Source of the DNA: a virus
Reading direction: 5' to 3' (one strand)
Virus record (IMG/VR): IMGVR_UViG_3300046542_000168
Coordinates: 32,001-96,000 of that record
DNA length: 64,000 bases
A program made the translations under genes and the position numbers. Every line of letters begins with the position of its first letter. Positions within the stretch are counted from its first letter, which is position 1. Below, piece by piece: positions 34,678 to 45,383 of the stretch. The notes beneath the pieces were generated by a model, which was not told where the DNA came from, did no database searches, and saw only the letters and a list, made by a program, of their open reading frames with translations.

Positions 34678-37600
34678 ATGGAACAAGTTATCCTACAAGG
34701 CCACAAGGGCGGCGATAGTAAAGCTCACACGCCTGTCGAGGAAAAGAATACCCTGCTATCGAAGTCTTACGCTAAATTGCTTCTGGCAATTGGTGAAGGT
34801 GAGTTCGCAGGAACCCCAACCGCTGAAAACATCTTCCTCGATGGCACCCCTCTTAAAAGTGCTGGTGGTCTAGATAACTTCGGTGGAGTTAAGTGGGACT
34901 ACCGTTCTGGTCGTTCTGACCAGACATACATCACTGGCTTACCAGACATCTCTAATGAGTTCGCCGTCAATCTAGCATTGACTGATGCAACTCCCTGGAC
35001 ACGCCTGATTAGCACGCAGCAGATCGATGCCGTTCGTATTACCCTGGCATGGCCAGCAGTGTATGAGCAGAAAGACAACGGCGATGTCGTTGGATATAAC
35101 ATTGAGTATGCTATCGATGTTTCCACTAATGGTGGAGCATATGCCGAGCAAGGTAAGTGGAGCACCAACAGCCAGAAGACTACTGTTGAGTACAACCGTA
35201 CACACCGTATTAATCTACCTAAGCCTGGAACTTCATGGACAGTACGTGTCCGTCGTCTTACCCCGAACAAAAATAACGGTAAGTTCGGTGACATAATGTC
35301 CGTCAAGTCGGTTGCAGAAGTAATCGACGCCAAGCTTCGCTACCCTAACACAGCCCTTCTGTTCCTTGAGTTTGACGCAGAGGCTTTTGGTGGATCTTCA
35401 ATCCCGAAAGTGTCTATCAAGACTAAGGGCCGATTGATTCAAGTACCATCTAACTATGACCCAGACACTAGAGTTTACTCTGGCGTGTGGAACGGTACTT
35501 TCAAATGGGCCTGGACTAACAACCCTGCCTGGGTTTTCTACGACCTAGTTATTAACGAACGCTTCGGCCTCGGTGCTCGCATTAAGCCAGACATGGTTGA
35601 TAAGTGGACCTTGTACCAAGTATCGCAATACTGCGACGTTATGGTATCGAACGGTAAAGGTGGCCAAGAGCCCCGTTACACTTGCAACATCTACATCCAG
35701 TCACGTAAAGAAGCGTGGCAAGTATTGCGTGACATTGTTTCCATCTTCAACGGTATGTTGCACTGGAGCGGTACACAGATTGTTGCAACGGCGGATATGC
35801 CTGTTGCAGTCAATACTCTGCGTACCTACAGCCGTAGCAACGTTGTCGAAGGTAAATTCATTTACGGATCTACATCAGAGAAAACAATCGCTACAACAGC
35901 CCTTGTCTCGTTTGACGATCCAGACAACCACTTCGAAACCGCTGTAGAGGCCGTTAACGACCTCAATCTAGTCCAGCGGTACAAGACGTGGAATCAGGCT
36001 GAAATCGCAGCCATGGGTGTTACAAGCCGTGGTCAGGCACAGCGTAAAGGTAAGTACACGATGCTTACCAACTCGTTGAACCGCATGGTTACATTCAAGC
36101 TCGGCCTGGAAGGTTATCTGCCACGCCCTGGTGAAGTAGTCGGAGTTGCTGACCAAGTGTTGGCAGGTTCTAACTTCTCCGGTCGTATCAGTGCTGCCAC
36201 CATTAAGACTGTGACCTGTGACCGTGTACCGAACGTAGTTGCCGGGGATATCCTGTACGTTAACAAACCTGATGGAACTACCGGCGAAGGTCGCACAGTC
36301 CAGAGTGTTAGCGGCAAGGTAATCACTGTTACAGCAAACTACTCTGCGATTCCTACTGTTGAACTCGGCTGGTATGTCGAGAAGACAACACTGAAGTCTC
36401 AGCTCTATCGCATCACAAAAGTTACTTGGTCCGATAACGACGCTAAGTTCGAAGTTACCGGCGTGCAATACGAAGACAGCAAATATGCTGCCGTAGATAG
36501 TGGTGCTCGACTGGAGAGCCGCCCTATCACAACTATCCCGGCTGGTGGTCAGGCTGCTCCAACTGGTCTAACAATTTCAAGCTTTACTTACATTGAACAG
36601 ACAATGGCTGTTACAACCCTTTCGGTTAAGTGGACTCCAGCAGTTGGGGCCATGAACTATGAAGGGCAATGGCGTAAGGATGGTGGTGACTGGAACAACG
36701 TTGGACTGACAGCAAGTACTGGGTTCGATGTTAAAGGTATTTATTCAGGAGCCTATCAGGCTCGTGTTCGAGCTATCAACGCCCTGGGCACTAAGTCTGT
36801 CTGGGTAGAGTCTACAAACACCCAGTTAACGGGTAAAGTTGGTGCTCCACCAACACTAACCGCCTTTACTACCCTACCGGAAATCTTCGGTATCCGCATC
36901 AACTGGGCATTCCAGGCTGGATCGGACGACGGCGCATTCATCCAGATTCAACAAGCAGACACCATCGCTGGTGGTAACACTACTGAGTTAACTCTAGTCG
37001 CCTACCCTGCTCAGACTTACGTTAAGTCCAACATGCTTGGTGGTGTAGTTAAGTTCTTTCGTGGCCGCTTGATTGACCGTACAGGAAACCAAGGCGCATG
37101 GACAGCCTGGACTTACGGTATCTCGGAATATGGTACAGATAAGATCCTTGAAGCGATTGTCGGTGAAATCAAAGAGACGCATCTAGGGCAAGAGTTGCTA
37201 ACTGAGATTGATAAGATCGAAGTAATCGAGCGCTCTAATGAACTGCTTGAAGCTCAACTTGGTGCAGCGGAAGCAAGTGTTGCGGAAGTTAAAGCTGCCG
37301 CTGATGCCGCTGTAGCTGACTTGAATAATAGTGTAACTCTGCTGAATGGCGACTTGTCGGCATTGCATACACAAGTAAACAACATCAAGGATGCCGCACT
37401 CTACGACCCTACAAAGACATATGCGAAAGGAACTAGTGCCCGCGTTGGTGATCGCCTGTATCAAGCTAAGCAGGCTGTTCCGATTAACACTTCCCCACCT
37501 AACACCACTTACTGGCTTGATGTCGGTCAAGTTATTGAAGAGGCAGGGGCTGTCGCTACACAGGTTGGATTGAACACCGTAGCAATTACGAATCAAGGTG

Positions 37601-40600
37601 GCACCCTTACTGCACAAGGCCAGAAACTTGACGCCTTCGATGTACGTCTCGTAGATGCTGAGGGCGATATTATCACTCAAGGTGATGCACTCACCAATCT
37701 TCAAACAACAGTTACAACTCAAGGCAACACCATTACCTCTCAGGGTAATAACATCACTTCCTTGAACAACAACCTAACCACAACCAACAGTAACGTCACA
37801 GCCGCTCAGAATGCCGCTAACGCAGCAAACACTCTGGCTGGTGGTAAAGGTAAGGTACTTGTCCAATCGACTACTCCAGTCACTGCTGACCAGCTTGCAC
37901 AGAACTTGTGGATCGATACAACAGGTGGTGCTAACACACCTAAGCGTTGGTCCGGTAGTGCATGGCTCGCTGTAACTGACAAGGTTGCTACGGACGCAGC
38001 AGCAGCAGCTTCAAGTGCATTGACGCAGGTAGCAACTAAAGCTGATTCCTCTGTTGTGTCTGCATTGACTGGCCGTGTTACAACAGCCGAAGGTTTGATT
38101 ACTTCACAGGGCAGCAGCATCACGTCATTGAACAACAGTTTAAGTGTACTTGGTGCATCTGGCGTAAACATTTTACCTGCTGAATATACAGTGTTTTCGG
38201 CAACACCACCAGTAACAAACCTTGCAGCAGCGGTGACAACTGAGGTTGATACAGCGACATTACGTGGTTATGCATTGAAGATGGCAACAACCAATGGCAC
38301 GTCTCAGACTGCAACATTTGGTGCTGCACTTACAGCAGATTCATGTAACATTCCGTTCAAAGCACAGAAATACATCTTGTCGTATTGGGCAAAGGCTAAC
38401 GTTGTTGGTCATCAGATTGCAAGTTATTTGCGTGTACTTCTTAGTGATGGTGTTACTTTCACAACAGGGCCAGCAACGCTTGTAACATTGACTGATACAT
38501 GGGCACGTTATTCGGTGGTCATGGATGTATCGAACGCGACAACTTACAGCGGTATTAAAGCTCAATTGAGCTTCCAGTTTAACCGTTCTGCTGTTGCTGG
38601 TCGTATGGTGTGGTTTGATGGTATTATGCTTGAGGCTGCATTGAATAATGTGTCTACACCATCAAACTTTGTGATTGGACAAAGCTTTGACCAGAACTCA
38701 GCTACAAGCAATGCCGTATCAGCATTGACTTCAACTGTGACACAACAAGGTGACACACTAACCAGTCAAGGCAACAGTATTGTATCGCTGAATAACACGA
38801 TTGGTAGTTTGGGTGGTGAAAACCTCCTGTACAACCCTTCGTTCGATAAGCCTAGTACCACTACCGGATTAGCCGATGGTTGGACATCAGGCGGAACAGC
38901 AGTTGTTGTACCTACACTCGTAGCCTCTACCTTAGACCCTGCCGGGTTCGCACAACGAGTTGATGCAACTAGCCTGAGTGCATCAGTCTATGCAGATGTG
39001 ATCACCGCTGTAACTAAACGTCCAGCAGCAGTGACAGGACAGATTCATACCGTGTCGGCTTATGTTCGGGCAACGGCAGGGTGTAGTGTACGTCTTTATG
39101 TGCAGTGTGTTAACTCTGCTGGATCTGCAATTGGTACAACCACTGGGACACTAGTTACTACTGATGGAACTTGGCAGCGGATAGTTGTTACATCTAACGC
39201 AGCCCCAGCAGGTGTTGCTAAAATCTCCATTATTGCTCGTTTCTACGGAACAGCAGCAATCAATGCAGGGTTTGCGGAATGGGATCGGGCACAGCTTGAG
39301 ATTTCTCCTGTAGTAACTGGCTGGAGAGATAGTGGACTTGCATTGTCGTCGGCTCAATCAGCAACTTCGACAGCAGTAGACGCTTTAACTAACCGTGTTA
39401 CTGCCACTGAAACCGCGATCACGGCATCGGCTCAAGATATCACGAGTCTAACAACAGAAGTTCACTTCCGTGAGTTGGAAGAGTTGTATGCCGGTGATGA
39501 AACAGATGCTCAGATTGATGATACTTTGCGTATCGCAAGTGGGGCAGCAAATGCTACAACAGCCCTTACTTCAACTGTGACGCAAGTTGATGGGAAAGTT
39601 ACCGCACAAGCACAGCAAATCACTGACTTGACCGCAAGCCTTAGTACCACCAACGGCACTGTGGCAGGACAAGCACAAGCTGTATCTGATTTAACAGCGA
39701 CGGTTACGGCTCAAGGTAATACGCTGACTACACAAGCAGGCAGTCTCACTCAACTGCAAAGTACAGTTGGTGGTATTGCTGGTAACGGTTCTAACCTCCT
39801 ACCGGACACTTATAGCTGGATCACTTCGACAACTCTACCAGCAACGGTTATGGGAACATCGATGACCCGTGTTGGTGTAGCTGTAGCAGGCTCGGTATCA
39901 GGGTTCGGCTACAAGATGACAACAGCCAGCACATCTACTGCTCAGTACATGATGCTGTCACCCACAAACGACGCCGCAGGCCGTAACGTATCACTTGAAC
40001 CGGGTACTTACCTAGTTTCCATGTTTGTGCAAGGTTCTGTCGCTGGCACTGCAAGAGTTTCACTGTTCGATGGAACGCACCGTAACTCACCAGTTCTGGA
40101 TTTCACTACAACAAGACAACGATTGACATTCATTTGTACAGTGACGAGTTCTACTCAAGCGAGTGTAATCATTTACTCGAACTTGTCTGGGCTGGCTGCT
40201 GGAGTTGATATCACAGTTGACAGTGTGATGGTTGAAAAGCAGATCGGTACTTCCGTAGTTCCATCTCCGTTCGTAGCTGGTAGTTCGGCAGCAACATCGT
40301 CTGGACAAGCAACTGCTATTGACGCACTCAATACTTCAGTAACTCAGGTGAATGGGAAGATCGAATCAGTTGCACAGAGCGTTCAATCACTTACAGCTAC
40401 GGCTCGACAAGATGATGGCTCAGGTGATCTAGCTGACGCCCTAAACCTGTGGCAGAACACTGCTTCAATCCAGACCGAAAGTATTGCTCGTGCTGACCAA
40501 GACGGAGCAATGGCGGCTAAGGTTGAAACAATCATCGCCCAGGTGAACGACAACACTGCGTTGATTCAACAAGAGTCAGTAGCAAGGGCCACAGCAGACT

Positions 40601-41145
40601 CAGTAAATGCTACGTACACTACGTCTGTACAGGCTAGTTTGAACAATACTAACGCAATGGTTCAAACTCAAGCAAGTGCAATCGCCACAACCGATGGCAA
40701 CCTGAATACTCTAAACACCAAGGTAGCTGCCGCGTACAGTATCAAGTTGGGAGTTGCTTCTAACGGGCAATACTATGCTGCTGGGATGGGTATCGGGATT
40801 GAAAATACCCCGGCTGGTATGCAGTCGCAAGTGATCTTCACTGCGGATCGCTTTGCGATCATGAACCAGACCAATAACGTAACTACATCTCCTTTCGTAG
40901 TTCAAGGCGGTCAGACAATCATCAACAGTGCAGTCATCGGTGATGCAACTATCGGCTTCGCTAAGATTGCGGACAACTTGCAATCCACCAACTTCGTTTC
41001 TAACTCTACTGGGTGGGCACTAACTAAAGGTGGCTATCTGGAGCTAAACGGAAGTGGCGGACAGGGAAGAATCTCCATTACTAACAACGTCATCATGGTG
41101 TTTGATGCTGGTGGTGTTCTCCGTGTACGGCTAGGGCTTTGGTAA
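34678..41145 (+). CDS. Central tail fibre/tip protein J with inserted carbohydrate-binding-like modules
   Basis: GHKGG start, YPNTAL, NNPAW, FN3-like region, coiled coils, C-terminal ADRFAI...RVRLGLW. Confidence 0.95.
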   Translation: MEQVILQGHKGGDSKAHTPVEEKNTLLSKSYAKLLLAIGEGEFAGTPTAENIFLDGTPLKSAGGLDNFGGVKWDYRSGRSDQTYITGLPDISNEFAVNLALTDATPWTRLISTQQIDAVRITLAWPAVYEQKDNGDVVGYNIEYAIDVSTNGGAYAEQGKWSTNSQKTTVEYNRTHRINLPKPGTSWTVRVRRLTPNKNNGKFGDIMSVKSVAEVIDAKLRYPNTALLFLEFDAEAFGGSSIPKVSIKTKGRLIQVPSNYDPDTRVYSGVWNGTFKWAWTNNPAWVFYDLVINERFGLGARIKPDMVDKWTLYQVSQYCDVMVSNGKGGQEPRYTCNIYIQSRKEAWQVLRDIVSIFNGMLHWSGTQIVATADMPVAVNTLRTYSRSNVVEGKFIYGSTSEKTIATTALVSFDDPDNHFETAVEAVNDLNLVQRYKTWNQAEIAAMGVTSRGQAQRKGKYTMLTNSLNRMVTFKLGLEGYLPRPGEVVGVADQVLAGSNFSGRISAATIKTVTCDRVPNVVAGDILYVNKPDGTTGEGRTVQSVSGKVITVTANYSAIPTVELGWYVEKTTLKSQLYRITKVTWSDNDAKFEVTGVQYEDSKYAAVDSGARLESRPITTIPAGGQAAPTGLTISSFTYIEQTMAVTTLSVKWTPAVGAMNYEGQWRKDGGDWNNVGLTASTGFDVKGIYSGAYQARVRAINALGTKSVWVESTNTQLTGKVGAPPTLTAFTTLPEIFGIRINWAFQAGSDDGAFIQIQQADTIAGGNTTELTLVAYPAQTYVKSNMLGGVVKFFRGRLIDRTGNQGAWTAWTYGISEYGTDKILEAIVGEIKETHLGQELLTEIDKIEVIERSNELLEAQLGAAEASVAEVKAAADAAVADLNNSVTLLNGDLSALHTQVNNIKDAALYDPTKTYAKGTSARVGDRLYQAKQAVPINTSPPNTTYWLDVGQVIEEAGAVATQVGLNTVAITNQGGTLTAQGQKLDAFDVRLVDAEGDIITQGDALTNLQTTVTTQGNTITSQGNNITSLNNNLTTTNSNVTAAQNAANAANTLAGGKGKVLVQSTTPVTADQLAQNLWIDTTGGANTPKRWSGSAWLAVTDKVATDAAAAASSALTQVATKADSSVVSALTGRVTTAEGLITSQGSSITSLNNSLSVLGASGVNILPAEYTVFSATPPVTNLAAAVTTEVDTATLRGYALKMATTNGTSQTATFGAALTADSCNIPFKAQKYILSYWAKANVVGHQIASYLRVLLSDGVTFTTGPATLVTLTDTWARYSVVMDVSNATTYSGIKAQLSFQFNRSAVAGRMVWFDGIMLEAALNNVSTPSNFVIGQSFDQNSATSNAVSALTSTVTQQGDTLTSQGNSIVSLNNTIGSLGGENLLYNPSFDKPSTTTGLADGWTSGGTAVVVPTLVASTLDPAGFAQRVDATSLSASVYADVITAVTKRPAAVTGQIHTVSAYVRATAGCSVRLYVQCVNSAGSAIGTTTGTLVTTDGTWQRIVVTSNAAPAGVAKISIIARFYGTAAINAGFAEWDRAQLEISPVVTGWRDSGLALSSAQSATSTAVDALTNRVTATETAITASAQDITSLTTEVHFRELEELYAGDETDAQIDDTLRIASGAANATTALTSTVTQVDGKVTAQAQQITDLTASLSTTNGTVAGQAQAVSDLTATVTAQGNTLTTQAGSLTQLQSTVGGIAGNGSNLLPDTYSWITSTTLPATVMGTSMTRVGVAVAGSVSGFGYKMTTASTSTAQYMMLSPTNDAAGRNVSLEPGTYLVSMFVQGSVAGTARVSLFDGTHRNSPVLDFTTTRQRLTFICTVTSSTQASVIIYSNLSGLAAGVDITVDSVMVEKQIGTSVVPSPFVAGSSAATSSGQATAIDALNTSVTQVNGKIESVAQSVQSLTATARQDDGSGDLADALNLWQNTASIQTESIARADQDGAMAAKVETIIAQVNDNTALIQQESVARATADSVNATYTTSVQASLNNTNAMVQTQASAIATTDGNLNTLNTKVAAAYSIKLGVASNGQYYAAGMGIGIENTPAGMQSQVIFTADRFAIMNQTNNVTTSPFVVQGGQTIINSAVIGDATIGFAKIADNLQSTNFVSNSTGWALTKGGYLELNGSGGQGRISITNNVIMVFDAGGVLRVRLGLW

Positions 41146-41149
41146 TAAA

Positions 41150-41175
41150 GAGGGGCTACGGCCCCTCATTCTTTT
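41150..41175 (+). terminator. Terminator after gpJ
   Basis: GAGGGGC-TACG-GCCCCTC-ATTCTTTT. Confidence 0.65.
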
Positions 41176-41186
41176 AAGGAATTCAC

Positions 41187-42029
41187 ATGGCTTGGTACTC
41201 TACCGGGACAATCACTGCCACTAACAATAGTGGCGCCATTACGGGTGTTGGTACACTCTTTATGGCAAACGTGAAGATTGGAGATGGTGTTACCATTGCT
41301 GGTAGCACGTCGATTCACGAAGTTATTAACGTAACAAGCGATACGCAACTAACTGTATCGCCAGTTTATGCAGGAACTACCGGAAGTGGCAAGACTTTCG
41401 GAGTTGTTCCGGTCCAGGGGTATGTAAAGGACTTGGCTAATCAGGCTAAGTCACTACTCCTAACTTTCAGTACTGTTGGGGCAAGTGTAAGTGTAAATGC
41501 TTTAGCGGGTATTACCGGCGCGGCCAATCAGATTCCTTACTTTACATCTGGCTCCACGATGTGGACAACCCCACTGACAGCCGCTGCCAGGACGCTACTG
41601 GATGACGCAGATGTCCCAGCGATGCGTACAACTCTTGGGTTGAAGGCAGCCGCACTAGCAGACATCAAGGGTACTGTTTCTCAATCTGGGGGTGTACCTA
41701 CGGGTGCGATTATTGAGACTGGAAATAATGCAAACGGTTACTACACAAAATTCGCAGATGGCACACTCATTTGCACCAACGCAGCAGGTGTTGCATCCCC
41801 GACGATTGTAGCCAATGGTTCAACTCAGTTCAACGTTAACCTTCCCTCTGCATTCGTTGCTGGAACAATCTCCGGCTGGGCTTGTGGCTACCCTATGGGA
41901 TCTTGGGAGTATTACGGCACGCTCGTGGTAGTGGGTAGCGGCACTAGTGCCATGACCGTTTTCATGAGAAACGGCCCATACCCACAACAGTTCTTCGTCT
42001 ATTACAACGCCATAGGGAGATGGTACTGA
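41187..42029 (+). CDS. Tail fibre protein 1
   Basis: MAWYSTGTI; GTVSQSGGVPTGAIIE.G.NANG.Y.KFADGT.IC; AIGRWY. Confidence 0.85.
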   Translation: MAWYSTGTITATNNSGAITGVGTLFMANVKIGDGVTIAGSTSIHEVINVTSDTQLTVSPVYAGTTGSGKTFGVVPVQGYVKDLANQAKSLLLTFSTVGASVSVNALAGITGAANQIPYFTSGSTMWTTPLTAAARTLLDDADVPAMRTTLGLKAAALADIKGTVSQSGGVPTGAIIETGNNANGYYTKFADGTLICTNAAGVASPTIVANGSTQFNVNLPSAFVAGTISGWACGYPMGSWEYYGTLVVVGSGTSAMTVFMRNGPYPQQFFVYYNAIGRWY

Positions 42030-42865
42030 TGGGCTGGTACAACGGCGGAACTGTCACCGCAACAAATAACAGCGGAACACTAACTGGAGTTAGTACAGCC
42101 TTCATTGCGAATGTTCGGGTTGGTGATGGCGTTACTATCACTGGAAGCACTTCCATTCATGAAGTTACAAACATCACCAGCGAAACACAACTAACTTTCT
42201 CACCAGTTTATGCTGGAACTACTGGGAGCGGTAAAGCTTACGCTATCGTTCCCGTTCAAGGGTATCCACAGGCCCTGGCCGATCAAGCAAAGTCGCTCAT
42301 CCTTAGCTTCGGTAACGTAGCTGCTAACGCTTCAGTTAACGCTCTCATGGGCGTAACTGGTGCAGCAGATAGACTGCCGTATTACACCTCGGCTTCAGCA
42401 ATGGCAGTAACTACGTTTACGGCTGCTGCAAGAACTCTGTTGGACGATACGACTGTTGCAGCAATGCGTACAACACTAGGTCTTAAAACATCCGCTACAG
42501 CAGACCTCATCGGTACTGTTTCTCAATCTGCCGGGGTTCCAACTGGGGCAGTAATCGAGCGTGGGTATAATGCGAATGGCCACTACACTAAGTGGGCGGA
42601 TGGAACGATGATATGTCGCCAATGGATGACATATACCAGTGTTGGTGCAGGAGCTGTTGCCACTGGAACGTGGACCTTCCCTGTAGGGTTCTCTGCCACG
42701 CCGAACGTCAATATCACAGCCGGTGGATCGGGTTGGGGGTATCTAACAACTGTAGGGTTTGAGGGCTTGCCCGGTACTACTGGAGTTGGCTACTCGTACC
42801 AAAACACATTCAGTTCGGCAAAGACGGTCTATCTCAGTTGTCAAGCGACTGGATTGTGGTTCTAA
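42029..42865 (+). CDS. Tail fibre protein 2 (paralogue)
   Basis: TGATG coupling at 42027-31; same architecture. Confidence 0.85.
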   Translation: MGWYNGGTVTATNNSGTLTGVSTAFIANVRVGDGVTITGSTSIHEVTNITSETQLTFSPVYAGTTGSGKAYAIVPVQGYPQALADQAKSLILSFGNVAANASVNALMGVTGAADRLPYYTSASAMAVTTFTAAARTLLDDTTVAAMRTTLGLKTSATADLIGTVSQSAGVPTGAVIERGYNANGHYTKWADGTMICRQWMTYTSVGAGAVATGTWTFPVGFSATPNVNITAGGSGWGYLTTVGFEGLPGTTGVGYSYQNTFSSAKTVYLSCQATGLWF

Positions 42866-42880
42866 CACAAGGATTAATAC

Positions 42881-43732
42881 ATGGCGTGGTATAACGCTGG
42901 CACATTAACTGCCACAAACAACAGTGCAACTATTACAGGGGCTGGAACGCTGTTTCTTGCTAATGTGAGTGTTGGGGACGGTGTAACTATCGCGGGTAGC
43001 ACGACTATTCATGAAGTTACTAACGTTGCCTCTAACACACAACTTAGCATCTCCCCTGTTTACACCGGCACAACGGGATCGAGCAAGACTTATTCTATTA
43101 TCCCTGTCCAGGGATATGTAAGAGACTTAGCCAATCAAGCTAAACAACTCATCCTCACCTTCTCTACCGTAGGCTCTAGTGTCAGTGTTGGTGCATTAGC
43201 TGGCATTACGGGGGCTGCTGACATGATCCCCTACTTTACTTCCGGCTCGACAATGTGGACTACTCCACTCACATCTCAGGCACGTAGTCTATTAGCCAAT
43301 ACAACAGCAGCTAATATGCGTACAACTCTCGGATTAAAGGCTGCCGCTCTGGCAGACATCACTGGAACTGTCTCTCAATCTGGGGGCGTTCCAACTGGTG
43401 CGGTAATTGAGTCTGGCACCAATGCCAACGGCTTTTATATCAAGTGGGCAGACGGGACGATGATCTGTCGTCAAATTAGTGGCTCGACAGTAACAAACAA
43501 CGCTGGAGCAGGTGGCATCTACTATTCCAACGGAGTTGGATTCACCTATCCGGTAACATTCGCCGGTAACGTTCCGTGTGTGTCATTGAGCGCTCTAACC
43601 GCAAATGGTTACTTCTGCTCGACTGCTGTAGAGGGACCGACCACTACAAGCGGAATTGTCTCACGACTTACCTCGTATATTCCTACAGCCACAGGGTACG
43701 TGTGTTACATCGCCGTTGGTCGCTGGTATTAA
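42881..43732 (+). CDS. Tail fibre protein 3 (paralogue)
   Basis: Same architecture; AVGRWY end. Confidence 0.85.
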   Translation: MAWYNAGTLTATNNSATITGAGTLFLANVSVGDGVTIAGSTTIHEVTNVASNTQLSISPVYTGTTGSSKTYSIIPVQGYVRDLANQAKQLILTFSTVGSSVSVGALAGITGAADMIPYFTSGSTMWTTPLTSQARSLLANTTAANMRTTLGLKAAALADITGTVSQSGGVPTGAVIESGTNANGFYIKWADGTMICRQISGSTVTNNAGAGGIYYSNGVGFTYPVTFAGNVPCVSLSALTANGYFCSTAVEGPTTTSGIVSRLTSYIPTATGYVCYIAVGRWY

Positions 43733-43749
43733 TAATTAAGGAACAAACA

Positions 43750-44040
43750 ATGAAACTAACATTTAGCCCGCAACGTCGGGACGATACACTCGCACTCATT
43801 AAAGCGAACGATACGCTAATCATCAATGGCGAAGTTCTTGACTTCAGCCCACTACCAGAAGGTGCCACTCTACCAAGTAGCGCTGTTGGCAATGACTGGA
43901 TTATCGGTGACATCACCCGCAAAGATGGACAGATTGAATTAACTCTAATTCTCCCGCACGGACCAGACGCCTCTGAAGCAGCTCGCTTCCCAGTGCCACT
44001 AATCCTAACTGAGAATGGTGCAGTGGAGCTGCCAGTATGA
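43750..44040 (+). CDS. Tail-fibre-associated protein
   Basis: AAGGAA SD; MKLTFSPQRRDDTL..INGE.LDFS.LP.GATLP. Confidence 0.75.
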   Translation: MKLTFSPQRRDDTLALIKANDTLIINGEVLDFSPLPEGATLPSSAVGNDWIIGDITRKDGQIELTLILPHGPDASEAARFPVPLILTENGAVELPV

Positions 44041-44435
44041 CTAGTATGATCGACTGGGGAAAACTGGTAACAGTTGAAGACAAGGCTGTAGAAGCCCTGG
44101 CTGCCCTAAAGAAACAAGTAGCGACAGTTCGTTACAATAATGAAGTAAAAGGAATCACCGTCTCTGGAATGTTGGTTGATACAGGACGTGACAGCCAGGG
44201 GCTCATTGCTGGAGCCTGTCTTGCAGCCGTAATTGATCCTGAATACTTGGTGAACTGGAAGTGTGTGAGCGGAGAATTCCTACCTCTTAACGCACAGCAA
44301 ATCATTGGACTTGCTACGGCTGTCCGTGCTCATGTTCAAGCCTGCTTCAACAGAGAGAATGAATTGCTAACCGCCATCGAGGACAACACTTTCACAGAAA
44401 GTATGTTGACAGAAGGATGGCCGTCTAATGAGTAA
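44037..44435 (+). CDS. DUF4376-like tail fibre assembly protein
   Basis: RY..E..GI, DT.RDSQ, WK, HVQACF.RE. Confidence 0.75.
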   Translation: MTSMIDWGKLVTVEDKAVEALAALKKQVATVRYNNEVKGITVSGMLVDTGRDSQGLIAGACLAAVIDPEYLVNWKCVSGEFLPLNAQQIIGLATAVRAHVQACFNRENELLTAIEDNTFTESMLTEGWPSNE

Positions 44436-44790
44436 CGGCTTTCCTCTTCCGCTTAACGTTCAATACATGAATACCGCTAAGAACTGGAAACTTCTTCAGC
44501 CTTTTATCTTCGTTGATGAAGTTGAAGGACCGATAGACATCCCAGCTCGTTTTACCACCAATGGTCTTACCCTCCCCCGCATTCCTCTAGTGCTCGCCTT
44601 GTTCGATAACTACGGCTTCCCAGCAGCGGTTGTACACGATTATCTGTACGACGCCTCTGGGGTAGGCCGTAAAGAATCCGATCAAGTCTTCTACCGGGCT
44701 CTCAGAGCCTCTGGTGTAGCAAGATGGCGGGCTAGCCTGATGTATGCAGGTGTAAGGGTCTTTGGCCGCTTTTACTACAAGGGGCTGTGA
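44428..44790 (+). CDS. DUF1353-like protein
   Basis: AAVVHDYLY, AGVRVFG. Confidence 0.8.
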   Translation: MSNGFPLPLNVQYMNTAKNWKLLQPFIFVDEVEGPIDIPARFTTNGLTLPRIPLVLALFDNYGFPAAVVHDYLYDASGVGRKESDQVFYRALRASGVARWRASLMYAGVRVFGRFYYKGL

Positions 44791-45368
44791 TGGCTAAGGC
44801 AACTTATATCAACGCCACTACTGGCGGCAACTGGGTTGATATCGTAGCGGGTGAATGCACCATTGCATCGCTCGTTATGAACGCAACCTCTCAAGATACA
44901 ATCGTCGCATTGCGGATTCTTAAGGGAGGTACAACACCGTCTCTGGTTATCCCGTGCAACCTGTTAAAGTATAACGCTCCGCACAGACCAGCAGTAGGTG
45001 GGATCGCTCTTAAGCCAACAGATAAGCTGCAATGCTTGTCTGAGTATCCTGTCGATTGGATTACCACGACCATTACTGGTACTGCTTACAACACCCTGGT
45101 TGCAATCTCCCCCGCTGGTAAGGCATGGACAACTCTTGTTAGCGGACCTATTACCGTCCGGGCAATATTTGCGTGCGTACCGAATGGCGGGGTTGTAGGA
45201 ATTCGACTCCACAAGACAGCTTCTGATGCAGCAGTTGTCCTGGCAGAGGATGTTGCAGCAGCAGGCTCTAAACGGCTAGTTACCCCCATCGTCCTAGCTA
45301 CAGGGGATTCAATTCAAGTTCAAAGTACAGAAAGCGCCCAGTGGATTGCGACCGGCGTGGGCACATAA
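44787..45368 (+). CDS. Hypothetical virion-associated beta protein with an internal two-fold repeat
   Basis: Two halves W..(I/L)V.G..T...V.(L/I)R..K...L...D..Q..S.....WI.T. Confidence 0.65.
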   Translation: MMAKATYINATTGGNWVDIVAGECTIASLVMNATSQDTIVALRILKGGTTPSLVIPCNLLKYNAPHRPAVGGIALKPTDKLQCLSEYPVDWITTTITGTAYNTLVAISPAGKAWTTLVSGPITVRAIFACVPNGGVVGIRLHKTASDAAVVLAEDVAAAGSKRLVTPIVLATGDSIQVQSTESAQWIATGVGT

Positions 45369-45383
45369 ACAAGGAATAATAAC

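Noticed and set aside
41187-43732. DGR or invertase-driven tail fibre switching
   Set aside because: No reverse transcriptase, recombinase, inverted cassette or adenine-specific TR/VR pair seen
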